This document shows positions 37,829 through 50,441 of a DNA stretch of 64,000 nucleotides, piece after piece. Origin of the DNA: Octopus sinensis. Its lineage: Eukaryota. Location of the stretch: the NCBI RefSeq assembly GCF_006345805.1, contig NC_043003.1, positions 46,996,001 to 47,060,000 of the forward strand. The letters are read 5' to 3'. A model generated the notes under the pieces. It saw only the letters and a list, made by a program, of their open reading frames with translations, had not been told where the DNA came from and ran no database searches. Position 1 is the first letter of the stretch. Every line of letters begins with the position of its first letter. The translations under genes were made by a program, and so were the position numbers.

Positions 37829-38381
37829 AGATGTTTCCCTTAATTTTTTACTTGATATTTGTTTGGTAGTTCAACGATAGATATTTTATAATAATGTAAC
37901 CATACCGCTCTGTATTTGGGGGGTGATTATAATCTTTTTGTGTTGGTTTGTGGCTAATGTACTCTAAATGCAGACGTGTTATTTTTTCTTTTTCGTTTGG
38001 TTACACAATCTGAAAATCACAGAAGGCTCTGCAATGTATATCAGAACTTACGTCTAAATCACCTGATTAACAAGGTAAAAAACACCGCTGATTGAAACGA
38101 TTTCTTGAACTATATAAAAAAAATGATCGCGCCCTTGTCAGATTCATTGATCAGGTTGAGTAGTTTTGACTGACGACATACACAACAAGGTCGAAACACT
38201 GCGGTGCCTCAAATTTGTTTGTGAGTGTTATTTCGTCTAAAGGGAGAATGTATTCTCCGTTGGCGAAAAACAACACCGATCAAATTTATGTTTGAATCTG
38301 CTTCAAGATATTAAGATTGAATAGATAGATCATTGCTGTATAAAGAAATATTCTTTCACAATCAATATTGCACCTGAACGT

Positions 38382-38826
38382 GGCGAGCTGGCAGAGTCGT
38401 TACCGCGCCAGGCAAAATCTTTAACAGCTATTCGTCTTTCTTTACGTTCCAAGTTCAACTTCCGCCAACGTCGACTTTGTTTTTCATCCTCCTACGATTG
38501 ATAAAATAAGTACCAATCAAGCACTGGGGTCAATGTAACCGACTTACTCCCTCCCATAAAATTACTGGCCTTGTGCCAAAATTTGAAATCAATATTATCC
38601 CAACTCAAGGTAGTGAGCTTGCAAAATCTTTACGGCGCCAGGCAAAATGCTTTAGAGCATTTTGTCCGTCTTTACGTTCTGTGTTCAAATTCCGTCAAGA
38701 TTGACTTTGCCTTTCATCAATTCGGGATCGATAAAATAAGTACCAGTTGAACATTGAGGACAATGTAATGGGCTTACACCCTCTCTCGAAATTGTTGGCC
38801 TCGTGCTAAAATTTGAGACCAACATT
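38382..38826 (+). mobile_element. Tandem pair of family C SINEs (38382-38597, 38610-38826)
   Basis: Both have the domain and the tail GGCCT(T/C)GTGC(C/T)AAAATTTGA. Confidence 0.85.
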
Positions 38827-39093
38827 ACCCCAGATCTGATTGACTTCATACTCATAGATGTCTGACAGAATCAAAGAAAAAATTCCAGGAATTGTATGTT
38901 GTTTCAGTCATTAGACTACAGCCATGCTGGAGTACCACTTTCAAGGAAATGTTTAATAAGGAAAGAAATTTTATAAAGGGGTCTCTTACATTTTATAAAG
39001 GAGTTTATTTATCACAATTGTTATTATATGCAGAAACAATATTGTTGCTATACATTGTGCTATGTTAATTAAAAATAACTTCGAGGTCTTATA

Positions 39094-39408
39094 ACGATAA
39101 ACGTCGCCCTTTTCAAGCCTACCCAGGCTCATGGGTCCGGTTTCCCGGTTTCTGTGGCGTATATGTTTCCCCCAGCTGGACGGGACGCCAGTCCATCGCA
39201 GCGTTACCTAAGAAACAGGAAGAGAGATTGAGAGAGAAAGTTGTGGCGAAAGAGTACAACAGGAGTCGCCACCACCCCCTGCCGGAGCCTCGTGGATCTT
39301 TTAGGTGTTTTCGCTCAATAAACACACATAACGCCCGGTTTGGGAATCGAAACCGCGATTCTCCGATCGCGAGTCCGCTGCCCTAACCACTGGGCCATTG
39401 CGCTTCCA
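39094..39408 (-). mobile_element. SINE family A, variant iii, full length
   Basis: 12-bp TSD CGAGGTCTTATA at 39082-39093 and 39409-39420. Confidence 0.95.
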
Positions 39409-39446
39409 CGAGGTCTTATAGCATCATTCATTTCATTAAACCGGAA

Positions 39447-39547
<101 letters not shown>

Positions 39548-40029
39548 CTTTCCTTCCTTTTTTGCATAAACGTAATTCTCTGAAGGTTTTTCATTCAAAC
39601 CTGAATATAAGAATTCTTTGAAATAAAAAAATGTTTATTCACAGCCGATCAGAAAAAAAAGTACATAATTGATATACCTTGACATTATGACTAAATGAAG
39701 TAAATATCACTGTCTGTGAGATTTAATCTTTTTGTCTAAACGAATCAGTATGTACCAAAGTTTAGCAACTTCGCGTCATTTTCTTAAACCTTTTGTAGTT
39801 TGTCCGTAGAATCATTTTTCCTGAAGATGTTCATAAAGCAAGCATCGTTTCCAGTAAACGAAAACTCTAACTCTGTCAATGAATATTTATATATTCCATT
39901 TTGGCTAAAACTGTGCGGCTAGAAAACAAAGTGATCGATTGTTTCCTCACAGAGATTCCACGCATCTCCAAATACTGATATATTTCATTTTATGTTTTTG
40001 GTAGTTTGTAGTTTTCACACTGAAAAGCA

Positions 40030-40600
40030 AAAATAATCAGCTAACTTCAGCTTTGAGTCTCTCGTTTCTCAACAGTACTGAGTTTTCTCTTTACACATTC
40101 CCTCTCCACTTAGTCTTTTTTATTAGCCATCTTGAGATTTTTCAGCGACTTCTTCAATCCCCTTTTCAAGTGTTCTTTTTTAATAATTTCTATTGCTGTT
40201 TCTCCGCTCATCTCACATCTACTTGTTTACCTTAGCCACTGTTCTACATTTGTTGGCATCTTCAGAGAGAAAACAGACATTTTTTTTTAATTTTTTGTTT
40301 TGTTTTGTTCCATTTATTATTTGTTGCAGTTGTTGTTATTATATGTGTCTGTTTCCCTTAATTTTTTATTTGATATCTATTTGGTAGTTCAAACATAGAT
40401 ATTTTATAATAATGTAACCATACCGCTTTGTATTTGGGGTGATTATAATCTTTTTGTGCTGGTTTGTAGCTAATGTACTCTAAATGCAGACGTGCTATTT
40501 TTTCTTTTTCCTTTCCCCATCTAGTTTTGTTCATTTAACTTCCAGTTGAGAGCATTAAGACTGTAATTTATTCTAGGAAAATATATATATATATATATGT

Positions 40601-40653
<53 letters not shown>

Positions 40654-42200
40654 CATATGTGTATGTGTGTGTTATTTAATGATACATGCTTTTGGTTTTT
40701 GGCTCAATTATTTTTGGGTTTTGTTTAACATTTAGTTTCAAGTATTTATGTGTCTATAATATCCCTTTCTAACATTTTCATGCGTGCGGATGCGCGTACT
40801 CTTGTGCGTGCGTTTTACTCTGTCTAGATCATTAATTTCCAACTATTCGTAAGTCTCAGCTTTGTTCTAAATCTCTTATCTCTATTCCATTATCTAACAT
40901 GGTATCTGCGGATAATTTTACTAATTTCTCTCCCATTAATGTTGATTTTACTCTAACTGAATTTCATGCCAATTTCCTTTGCTTCATCCGTAGCCATCCA
41001 TTCTCTACCCATATTCCTCCCTCAAACTCTTCTATATTTCTTATTGCAGGCGTTACTTTCAAGTGAGTTTAGTTTTTGCCAAGTTCTTGATAAAATTGTT
41101 TGGTGGGGGTTGAAGACGAATTCACTGTTATTTCTATTTTAAGTGTTGTTCTCATTTTCTCTATCGATGGATTCTTGGCAATATAAGGAGAATTTCTTGT
41201 GATCGACGGTCTTTGATTTCAATACTTAATACACAACACACCATAATTTCCGGACAGTAACAAAACGTTTCTCCGAACTCTTGGATTATGTTCTATGTTA
41301 TATTTGATAAGGGGAGTCTTTCCCGAAATGTTATAGAAATGTTAAACAAATTATGTAAGGTAATATAACAATCTTTGTTTTTATTGACTGATTGATATCA
41401 GCTTACATATTTTGCCTAAATTCTCACTTGCATTACACGAAAGCTCTTTAAAACATTTATATCGTTTACACTTTGTAATGCTTTAAACAAATTACAATAC
41501 TCTTTTTATTTTTTTATTTCTTTTGTTTTTTACTGGCACGCTGAATTTCATTTGTTTCTTTTTATTGATTTCATTAAGAATTAAAAGCTCTTTACATTTT
41601 ATCTTCCATTTTTGTTTGATTTTTTTTCGATTCCACATTGTTCTTTAGATTTAGGCTAAAAATTGATTGATCAAAGCTTTCATTTTAGGCATTCCATAAG
41701 CGACCACCATCTCTTTTTAATGGATGAGCCATCTTTGACTACATTATCTAATATGTGTCTACATATTTTTTTAACTGTGTGGAAGATTTAGTCACAATTT
41801 CTAGCTGTTTGAACAACCACATAGAAGTTGTTTTTATTCGGTAAACATGTTTTTACGTGAGAACTTTTGACGCGTGGCAGTTTATATTTGGTAACTACTT
41901 TGACGGCTGCATAAATAATTTTAATTTATCCCGTTTCCAATAATGTTCACATATATTACCAGTAAGTCTACTATAACTTAGTTCGTATTATTTTGTAGTC
42001 GCTAGGTCATTTGGTTGAATTCTTTGTTGGTCAATGCGGAGCTCTTCGATTGAATTTAATTATTTAACTATGCCTACTTTTGGTTTATTGTCATCTTTAG
42101 AATTATCCGCATTGGAAGTTTCTATTGATAAATCTTCCTCACATTCACATTTATTTATTTACTTCTGGTTTTTATCAATATTATATAGGTAATTTCAGCT
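40030..42200 (-). mobile_element. Highly decayed LINE-like relic (possibly L1/Tx1)
   Basis: A-rich minus strand with short coding-like pieces (HPLKRDGG/GMPK; KRKIARLHLEYISYKPAQKDYNHPKYKAVW). No decisive motif. Confidence 0.3.
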
Positions 42201-42522
42201 TTGATGTTGTGTGTTGATATTTCTTGTATTTTGTTTTTGTTTGTTTTGTTGTATTTTTGTTTGTATGTATCTTTCTTTTTTTCTTCTTTTTTTTGCTCCA
42301 TTCATTGGACTGCAACCATATTGGAGCTCCACCTTGAAGAGTTTAGTCAAACAAATCGACCCCCCCCCCAATTTTTTTTTTTTTAGTTTGATACATTTTT
42401 GGCTGATTTAAGAATACATCTTTAATCTGATAGTCTACAGACATTCGAATTTACTTTCAGATTAGAGTTATTTTCACTGCAGAATATATATATATATTTA
42501 TATATATATATATATATATATA

Positions 42523-42848
42523 GGCGTAGGAGGGGGTTTACGGTAAGTAGCTTGCTTACCAACCACATGGTTCCGGGTTCAGTCCCACTGCATGGCACCT
42601 AACCCTAACCTCGGGCCAACCAAAGCTTTGTGAGTGGATTTGATTGGTGGAAACTGAAAGAAGCCCGTCGTATGTATGTGTGTATGTTTGTGTTTGTCCC
42701 CCCAACATCGCTTGACAACCGAGGCTGGTGTGTTCACATCCCCGTAAGCGGTTCGGCAAAAGATACCGATAGAATAAGTACTAGGCTTACAAAGAATAAG
42801 TCCTGGGGTCGATGTGCGTGACTAAAGAGTAAAAGAGAGTAAAGAGTA
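42523..42848 (+). mobile_element. SINE family B
   Basis: Colinear with 18212-18603, with small deletions. Confidence 0.85.
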
Positions 42849-43551
42849 TATAATTTGATAACAGTCTTATATTGGAAGGTGGAGAATAGTTATAGGAACG
42901 TATTCCACTCGTGTCCAGTTTCGCTTATGTTTTATTTGTGGACAAGGAAGGTATAAAATCTGGCTATCCATGTAGATTACTATCATTTTCACCAGATACT
43001 GTGATGTTTATTTCACGCTATCCAGAATTTTTCATGCTCTATTTTTTCATTCATTGTATGCATGAAATTTGAAGCAAGCATTGCATTCTTTTTTTTAATT
43101 TTGAATCAAATGATACTGTTTTCGTTTATGCTCCGTTAGGGTGGTCACTTAAGGAGTAGTATTCAACAGCAACAGAATCGGTAAAGTGTTAGGCATAAAG
43201 TTCGTAGTATTTAGTTGTATCACGAAGTTTTGAATTGAAATCTCTTTAGAGTCGACTTTGATTTATTTTTCTAGGAGCTGATAAATAAAAGGAATACAAG
43301 ACGAGTACTAATCGACTATTTCTCACCATTAAAATCTGTTTTTGTATGCCTATACTCGAAATTCTTATTGCGATAGAAGGTTGAGAGACCGTCAAGTCCC
43401 CGGACAAATGATCTCTCGTTTGCATATAAGATTTTTCAAATAAATTTAATCCTCTTTTAAACTGTTCTCTATACCATATATAGATAAAAAAAAATCTTGC
43501 ATTGGTTAACTTTGGCTCAATGAAATTAGTACATTTAATCAGCAATAACTA

Positions 43552-43936
43552 GGGGAAGCACTCCGTCGGTTACGACGACGAGGGTTCCGGTTGATCCGAT
43601 CAACGGAACAGCCTGCTCGTGAAATTAACGTGTAAGTGGCTGAGCACCCCACAGACACGTGTACCCTTAACGTAGTTCTCAGGGATATTCAGCGTGACAC
43701 AGAGAGTGACAAGACCGGCCCTTTGAAATACAGGTACAACAGAAACAGGAAGTAAGAGTGTGAGAAAGTTGTGGTGAAAGAGTACAGCAGGGATCACCAC
43801 CATCTCTGCCGGAGCCTCGTGGAGCTTTTAGGTGTTTTCGCTCAATAAACACTCACAACGCCCGGTCTGGGAATCGAAACCACGATCCTACGACTGCGAG
43901 TCCGCTGCCCTAACCACTGGGCCATTGTGCCTCCAC
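43552..43936 (-). mobile_element. SINE family A, variant i, full length
   Basis: 12-bp TSD CAGCAATAACTA at 43540-43551 and 43937-43948. Confidence 0.95.
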
Positions 43937-44546
43937 CAGCAATAACTATACTCTTTCCCTGTATATGTGCAGTCTTGTAATATTAGGAAAAAATTGTTCT
44001 TTGTTTTAAAAACTTTAAATAAACATATTTTTGAGCGTATTATGAAAACTATAGAAACAAAAACAAACCGAGTGATATTTTGAGATAAAGGAAGCCTGAT
44101 CTGTTACATATGTTCTATTACATTCCATTAGTAGTAGATTACAACTATGCTTGCAACTCCACCCAATGTAGTAGTGTCATTAGTCAACAAATCAAAAACG
44201 AGTAAACAGGGAAATCACGCGTTTATTTGAACCAACGTAGGAGCCTAGATTAGTCCGCTAGAAATAGCTCCAGCATCTCCCTTCAATCACATCTCAACAG
44301 CTTTAAGAGTGCAAACATGCATCGGATAATGTGGTCATTGACACACTATGTCAAGTGACAGTGTGAAGGAAAACTGAATGTCTACGGCTGGAATAGATTT
44401 ATTGTTGGTACTCGTTTCACTCGGTGGACGGCAGGCTTCACTGGAGTACAGCCTTGTAGGGTTTAGTCGAATTACGGGGACATAAACAATCTAACACCGG
44501 TTACCAAGTGACAAACACAGGCAAACACATATATTAATGCATACAT

Positions 44547-44579
<33 letters not shown>

Positions 44580-44646
44580 CAAACATATATGTTTTATGTA
44601 TATGTGTATATTATACATATATATATGGTATATACATACACATGTT

Positions 44647-44753
<107 letters not shown>

Positions 44754-45609
44754 ATGTATGGATGTATATATATATATGACTTTTTTGCTTTTTGTTGCTG
44801 TTGTTGTTAGTGTTGTTCTTGTTTTCGTTGTTCTCTTGATGCTGCTATTGCTGTTGTTGTTGTTGCTACTGTTGTTCTTCTTGACGACGACGATGACGAT
44901 GACGACGACGACGACGACGATGGTGGCGATATTATTTAGCCCGATGTTGACTCTAATCCGGCTGACCTATAATCAAACGCATTCCAGCTCGGAATGATTA
45001 TATTTTTTTTTTTCCAGATATACTATATCCTACATCCATGTACTAAATTACCGAATATATCCTTGATATTTAAATACTACATGAAACAGGTCGAAGCAAC
45101 TACGCAATAGGTTTTAAGTTTCAGTGAAGAATGTCACGTTTTTGCAATGCAAAATCTGTTTCGGTTCATTTGGACATCGAAGCATCAAGGTGCATATGAC
45201 CTTATGAATTCCATTTGTGAAATGCTTATTGTCGATTGGCAAACCCCGTCAGAGCGTCGAATGAAACGCTTTGCAATGTTTGTTTCGGCTTTCTGCTCTC
45301 TGAGTTCAAATTCCATCGAGTGCAGCTTCATTGTTCATCTTTACTCGGTAGACAAATGAACTACCAACCTATTGTTGGTGCTGACCTCTCTCTAAAAAAA
45401 TTCTCACGCTGCATATGTTTCACTGGATAGATCGTGGGAGGGACGAGACAAAGGAGTGGGTCCGTGTTTGCTTGGGATCTCATAATGTAGTGAATGTAAG
45501 AAAGCAAAGTGCATACTTAGAGTCAAGTCGACCTCGAATTCGACGGCCGTTGTTTGTTGTATAACTTAATATAACTGTCTTATATACATACATGAGTGTG
45601 TGTGTTTGT

Positions 45610-45610
45610 T

Positions 45611-45652
<42 letters not shown>

Positions 45653-46299
45653 TGTGTGTGTATGTGTGTGTGTGCTTGTGTGTGTGTGTGTGTATATGTG
45701 TGTGTACATTCATACGTGTGCATATGTGTATGACACACCAGAAGGAACATCAGGAACTAATTTATCAAATGAAAGAAGGACCCTCAAAGAAATCTAGACA
45801 AAAGGACAAGAGCAGAAAGATAACCATAGCCGTAGATGAAAGTGGAGGGATGGGATTTGGGGACGGAAGGGGTTTATGTGATAGCTGGAGCCGTGTTTGT
45901 GATGTTGATATAGAGGTTGGTGAAGATGACATTGGTGATAAAATAGGATTGCGATGCTGCTGGAGATGCTGGTGGTTGCGGGTCATGGTGTTGCTAGTGA
46001 TGGTGATGGCGATGTATATGTAGATAACATTGAAGATAACAGTGGCGACGATAGTGTTCAGGTGGCGTCGGTGATGGTGGATACTGGAACAAGTAAAAGA
46101 GGGTGTGGTGACGATGCGGGTCGATATGGTGCTGATGATGTTTATGGTGGTAATAGCAGGGTAGGTGGAGTGACGGAGTGATGGCGATGAATGGGGATTG
46201 TGCTAAAGTAGGAGATTGATGATGATGGTGATGATGATGACGACGACGACGACGACGACGATGACGATGATGATGATGATGATGTTGATGATAATGATA

Positions 46300-46330
<31 letters not shown>

Positions 46331-46334
46331 CGAC

Positions 46335-46372
<38 letters not shown>

Positions 46373-47632
46373 CGATGATGATGAGGATGATGATGGCGAC
46401 GATGATGATGGTGACGACGACGACGGCGGTGGTGATGATTGCGGTGGTGTCGTTGGTGGTGGTGGTGGTGGTGGTGGTGGTGGTGGTGGTGGTGGGGTGG
46501 TGTTAACGATGATGACGATGATGATGATATGATGACGTCGACGATCATGATGATGCAGCAGATGATGAGGGTTGTGAAAAGGGTGTATATAAGTGCGATA
46601 GTGACGGTGATAAGCATGTATGTGAAGACGGTGGTGATGATGAATATATAGGTGAAGATGGTGGTTGTGCAGATAGTAGCGTCACCACCATAATTCCATT
46701 ATCACCATTGTCATCTTCACCAACATTATCATCAAAACCAAAGCATCCACCCCCTACTATCCCATAACCCCCCCCCCCCATTTCAAACCCATTGCTTTGT
46801 ATCTACCGGTAATGCTGTTTAGTTTGTTCTTTTGTGTATCTGTCTTGTTTAAATTTCTGTTTGAGAATCCGTCCTTCATTTGATAATTTAGTCCTTGACA
46901 TACCTAAGGAAGAAACAAAATATTTTGTTGAACTCATTACGTGTGTGTTTGTGTGGTGTGTGTGTGTGTGTGTGTGTATGTGTGTGTGTGTGTGTGTATG
47001 TGTGTGTGTGCTTGTGGTGTGTGTGTGTATATGTGTGTGTACATTCATACGTGTGCATATGTGTATGACACACCAGAAGGAAATCAGGAACTATTTATCA
47101 AATGAAAGAAGGACCTCAAAGAAATCTAGACAAAAGGACAAGAGCAGAAAGATAACCATAGCCGTAGATGAAAGTGGAGGGATGGGATTTGGGGACGGAA
47201 GGGTTTATGTGATAGCTGGAGCCGTGTTTGTGATGTTGATATAGAGGTTGGTGAAGATGACATTGGTGATAAAATAGGATTGCGATGCTGCTGGAGATGC
47301 TGGTGGTTGCGGGTCATGGTTGTTGCTAGTGATGGTGATGGCGATGTATATGTAGATAACATTGAAGATAACAGTGGCGACGATAGTGTTCAGGTGGCGT
47401 CGGTGATGGTGGTACTGGAACAAGTAAAAGAGGGTGTGTGACGATGCGGGTCGATATGGTGCTGATGATGTTTATGGTGGTAATAGCAGGGTAGGTGGAG
47501 TGACGGAGTGATGGGGATGATGATAGGGGATTGTGCTAAAGTAGGAGATTGATGATGATGGTGATGATGATGACGACGACGACGACGACGACGATGACGA
47601 TGATGATGATGATGATGTTGATGATAATGATA

Positions 47633-47666
<34 letters not shown>

Positions 47667-47670
47667 CGAC

Positions 47671-47705
<35 letters not shown>

Positions 47706-48290
47706 GGATGACGATGATGATGAGGATGATGATGGCGACGTGATGGATGGTGACGACGACGACGGCGGTGGTGATGATTGCCGGTGGTGGGTGTCGTTGG
47801 TGGTTGGTGGTGGTGGTGGTGGTGGTGGTTGTGGTGGTGGGGTGGTGTTAACGATGATGACGATGATGATGATGATGATGACGTCGACGATCATGATGAT
47901 GCAGCAGATGATGAGGTTGTGAAAAGGGTGTATATAAGTGCGATAGTGACGTGGTGATAAGCATGTATGTGAAGACGGTGGTGATGATGATATATAGGTG
48001 AAGATGGTGGTTGTGCAGATAGTAGCGTCACCACCATAATTCCATTATCACCATTGTCATCTTCACCAACATTTCATCAAAACCAAAGCATCCACCCCCT
48101 ATATCCCATAACCCCCCCCCCCCATTTCAAACCCATTGCTTTGTAATACCGGTAATGGGTAGTTTGTTGTTCTTTTGTGTATCTGTCTTGTTTAATTTCT
48201 GTTTGAGAATCCGTCCTTCATTTGATAATTAGTCCTTGACATACCTAAGGAAGAAACCATATATTTGTTGTGAACTCATTACGTGTGTGT
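45610..48290. repeat. Two-copy ~1.34-kb tandem duplication with a GAT/GAC/GGT low-complexity core
   Basis: Anchor ACATTCATACG at 45706 and 47041; anchor GAACTCATTAC at 46930 and 48272. Confidence 0.95.
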
Positions 48291-48829
48291 TTGTGTGTTG
48301 TGTGTGTGTGTGTGTGTGTGCGTGTGTGCGCAGTCTTTTGTTTATGACCCCTAAAATATCTTGGCGGCCACCTACTTGTATTTTCTACTCCTTCGCCTGT
48401 CTTTCCTCTCGTTATGTCACGTAAGTGTGATCTATGTTTCATTAGTACCATTCCACGTTTGTGGTTTGTGAGGGTCGCGATCACACTCTACCTCCTTTCC
48501 CTTCCCCTCTCCCCACTGGCCTTCTACCTATCGGGTATCTTAAATACCCTTGTTGTATGTTTCTGACTTGAATTTCTCATTTGTCTGTCTGAAGAAGCGC
48601 TCGGATTGATTATACATGTTGCATTTATCAAGTACATCTAAGAACTGCATCTACTGTGTGACGGTTTGTATTACCGAGCACTGAAACATATGTAACAGAT
48701 AAAATAAATGTATACCAAATTCATGCCTATGTCCGTTTCTCTCATTAAGTGTGTGAGTGCGCGCGTGCGTATATGTGTGAGTGTGTATTATATATATATA
48801 TATATAGTTGTAATTTACAGTAAAAACAA

Positions 48830-48990
48830 AAGACGAAGGCAGGTGTATAAACAACAAGCAGGTGTGTATTATTTTGACGCTCGGGAAGGTGAGAAAGTCT
48901 TTTATGTTTCGAGCCAACGCTCTTCAACAGAAAGGAACACGAAGAAATAAACAGAGGAAGAATAAAAAAAACTTTTAGAGTTAGCGGTCA
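48830..48990 (-). mobile_element. Short Penelope-LTR-like element with a hammerhead-like motif (copy 2)
   Basis: CCTTT-CTGTTGAA-GAGC-GTTG-GCTC-GAAAC-ATA-AAAGA at 48935-48898. Confidence 0.6.
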
Positions 48991-49025
48991 ATTATGCCGA
49001 CTGTATTATATATGATGTATGTATG

Positions 49026-49056
<31 letters not shown>

Positions 49057-49313
49057 CTATTTATAAGTGTGCATGCATATGTTTGCTGGAAATGAATCTC
49101 AGTTTAAACGGAAACCTAAGGTTAAGTGGCTTGTTGTGTAATCACTAAGTGGTTACTGTTATTGTTGTAACGGATCGTGTAGCTCTTGCTGTGGAGGTAA
49201 TGTTCGTCTAAATGTCATTGCGGTAATGATACTGTGTTAGAGCTGTGATGAATAGTATTAGTTTCGGTAATACTCATGTGGTTGCCGTGTTAATATTAGT
49301 ACTGTTGTCGAAG

Positions 49314-49915
49314 GCGATGAGCTGGTTGAATTGTTAGCACGCTGGGCGAAATGCTTAGTGGCATTTCGTCTGTCTTTTATGTTCTGAGCTCAAATTCCGC
49401 TGAAGTCGACTTTGCCATTTATCTTCTCGGGATCGATGAAATAAATATTAGTTGAATACTGGGGTCGATGTAATAGACTTACCCCTCCCCCAAAATTGCT
49501 GGTCTTGCGCCAAAATTTGAAATCATTATTAGTGCTGTTGTTAAGGCAGTGAGCTGGCAGAATCATTAGCATACCAGGCAAAATGCTGAGCGACATTTCG
49601 TCTGTCTTTGCGTTCTGAGTTCAAATTCCGCCGAGGTCGACTTTGCCTTTTATCCGTTCGAGTTGAACATTGGGGTCGATGTAATCGCCGTATCCCATTC
49701 CACGAACTTGCTGGCCTTGTGCCAAAATCTGAAATCAATTTAGTGTTGTTTTTATTCAAAGAGTAAAAGAGTAAAGAGTAAAAGAGTTGACTTTGCATTT
49801 CATACTTCCAAGGCCGAAAAGTAAGTATCAGTTGAACACTGGAGTCGAAGTAATCGACTTACCACTTCCTCCGAAATTGCTGGCCTTGTGCCAAAATCTA
49901 AAACTTATATTAGTG
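49314..49915 (+). mobile_element. Tandem trio of family C SINEs (49314-49530, 49545-49742, 49788-49915)
   Basis: Three repeats of the domain and the GCTGG(C/T)CTTG(T/C)GCCAAAAT tail. Confidence 0.85.
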
Positions 49916-50441
49916 TTGTTGCTCGCAACGATGCTGTGTTAGTGCTGTGATGATGATATTACTATTCCTACTGCAATAATGGCAATGCAGTTATGATAAT
50001 GTTGGTGTAACTCTTGCTATGGTGATAATGTTGCATTAGTGTTGTAATTATGATAAGGTCGGGCACAGATGTGTGGTTAGGACGATCACTTTGCAACCAG
50101 GTGATTTCGGGTTCAGTCCCACTGCTAGGCACCGTACTATAGTATCTTCTGCTATAGCCCCAAGATGACCAGTACCTTGTAAATGAATTTGGAAGACGGA
50201 AACTGTACGGAATCCCGTCATGTATATGTGTGTATGTGTGTGTCGAAAAACAGTGATTAACAAATCACCAGAACCGCAACTCACCAGCAGGTTTCGTAAA
50301 AATTCATTATCGGCAACGAGCGAGGTATTGTTTTAAAATAGCACTCTGTATACCTTTCTTAATGTGGACAAACTCTTTGGATGTGTGTTTATAGATAGAT
50401 AGAACATGTCTGGAGATTTTTCGTTGACGTCTTTAAACATA

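Noticed and set aside
45954-47922. Poly-His, poly-Met, poly-Ser and poly-Asp ORFs
   Set aside because: Frames of a GAT/GAC/GGT trinucleotide tract. Frame is not conserved between the two tandem copies.
49314-49915. Regularly spaced repeats resembling a CRISPR array
   Set aside because: The units are ~200-bp SINE copies in a eukaryotic context, with no short repeat-spacer structure and no cas genes.
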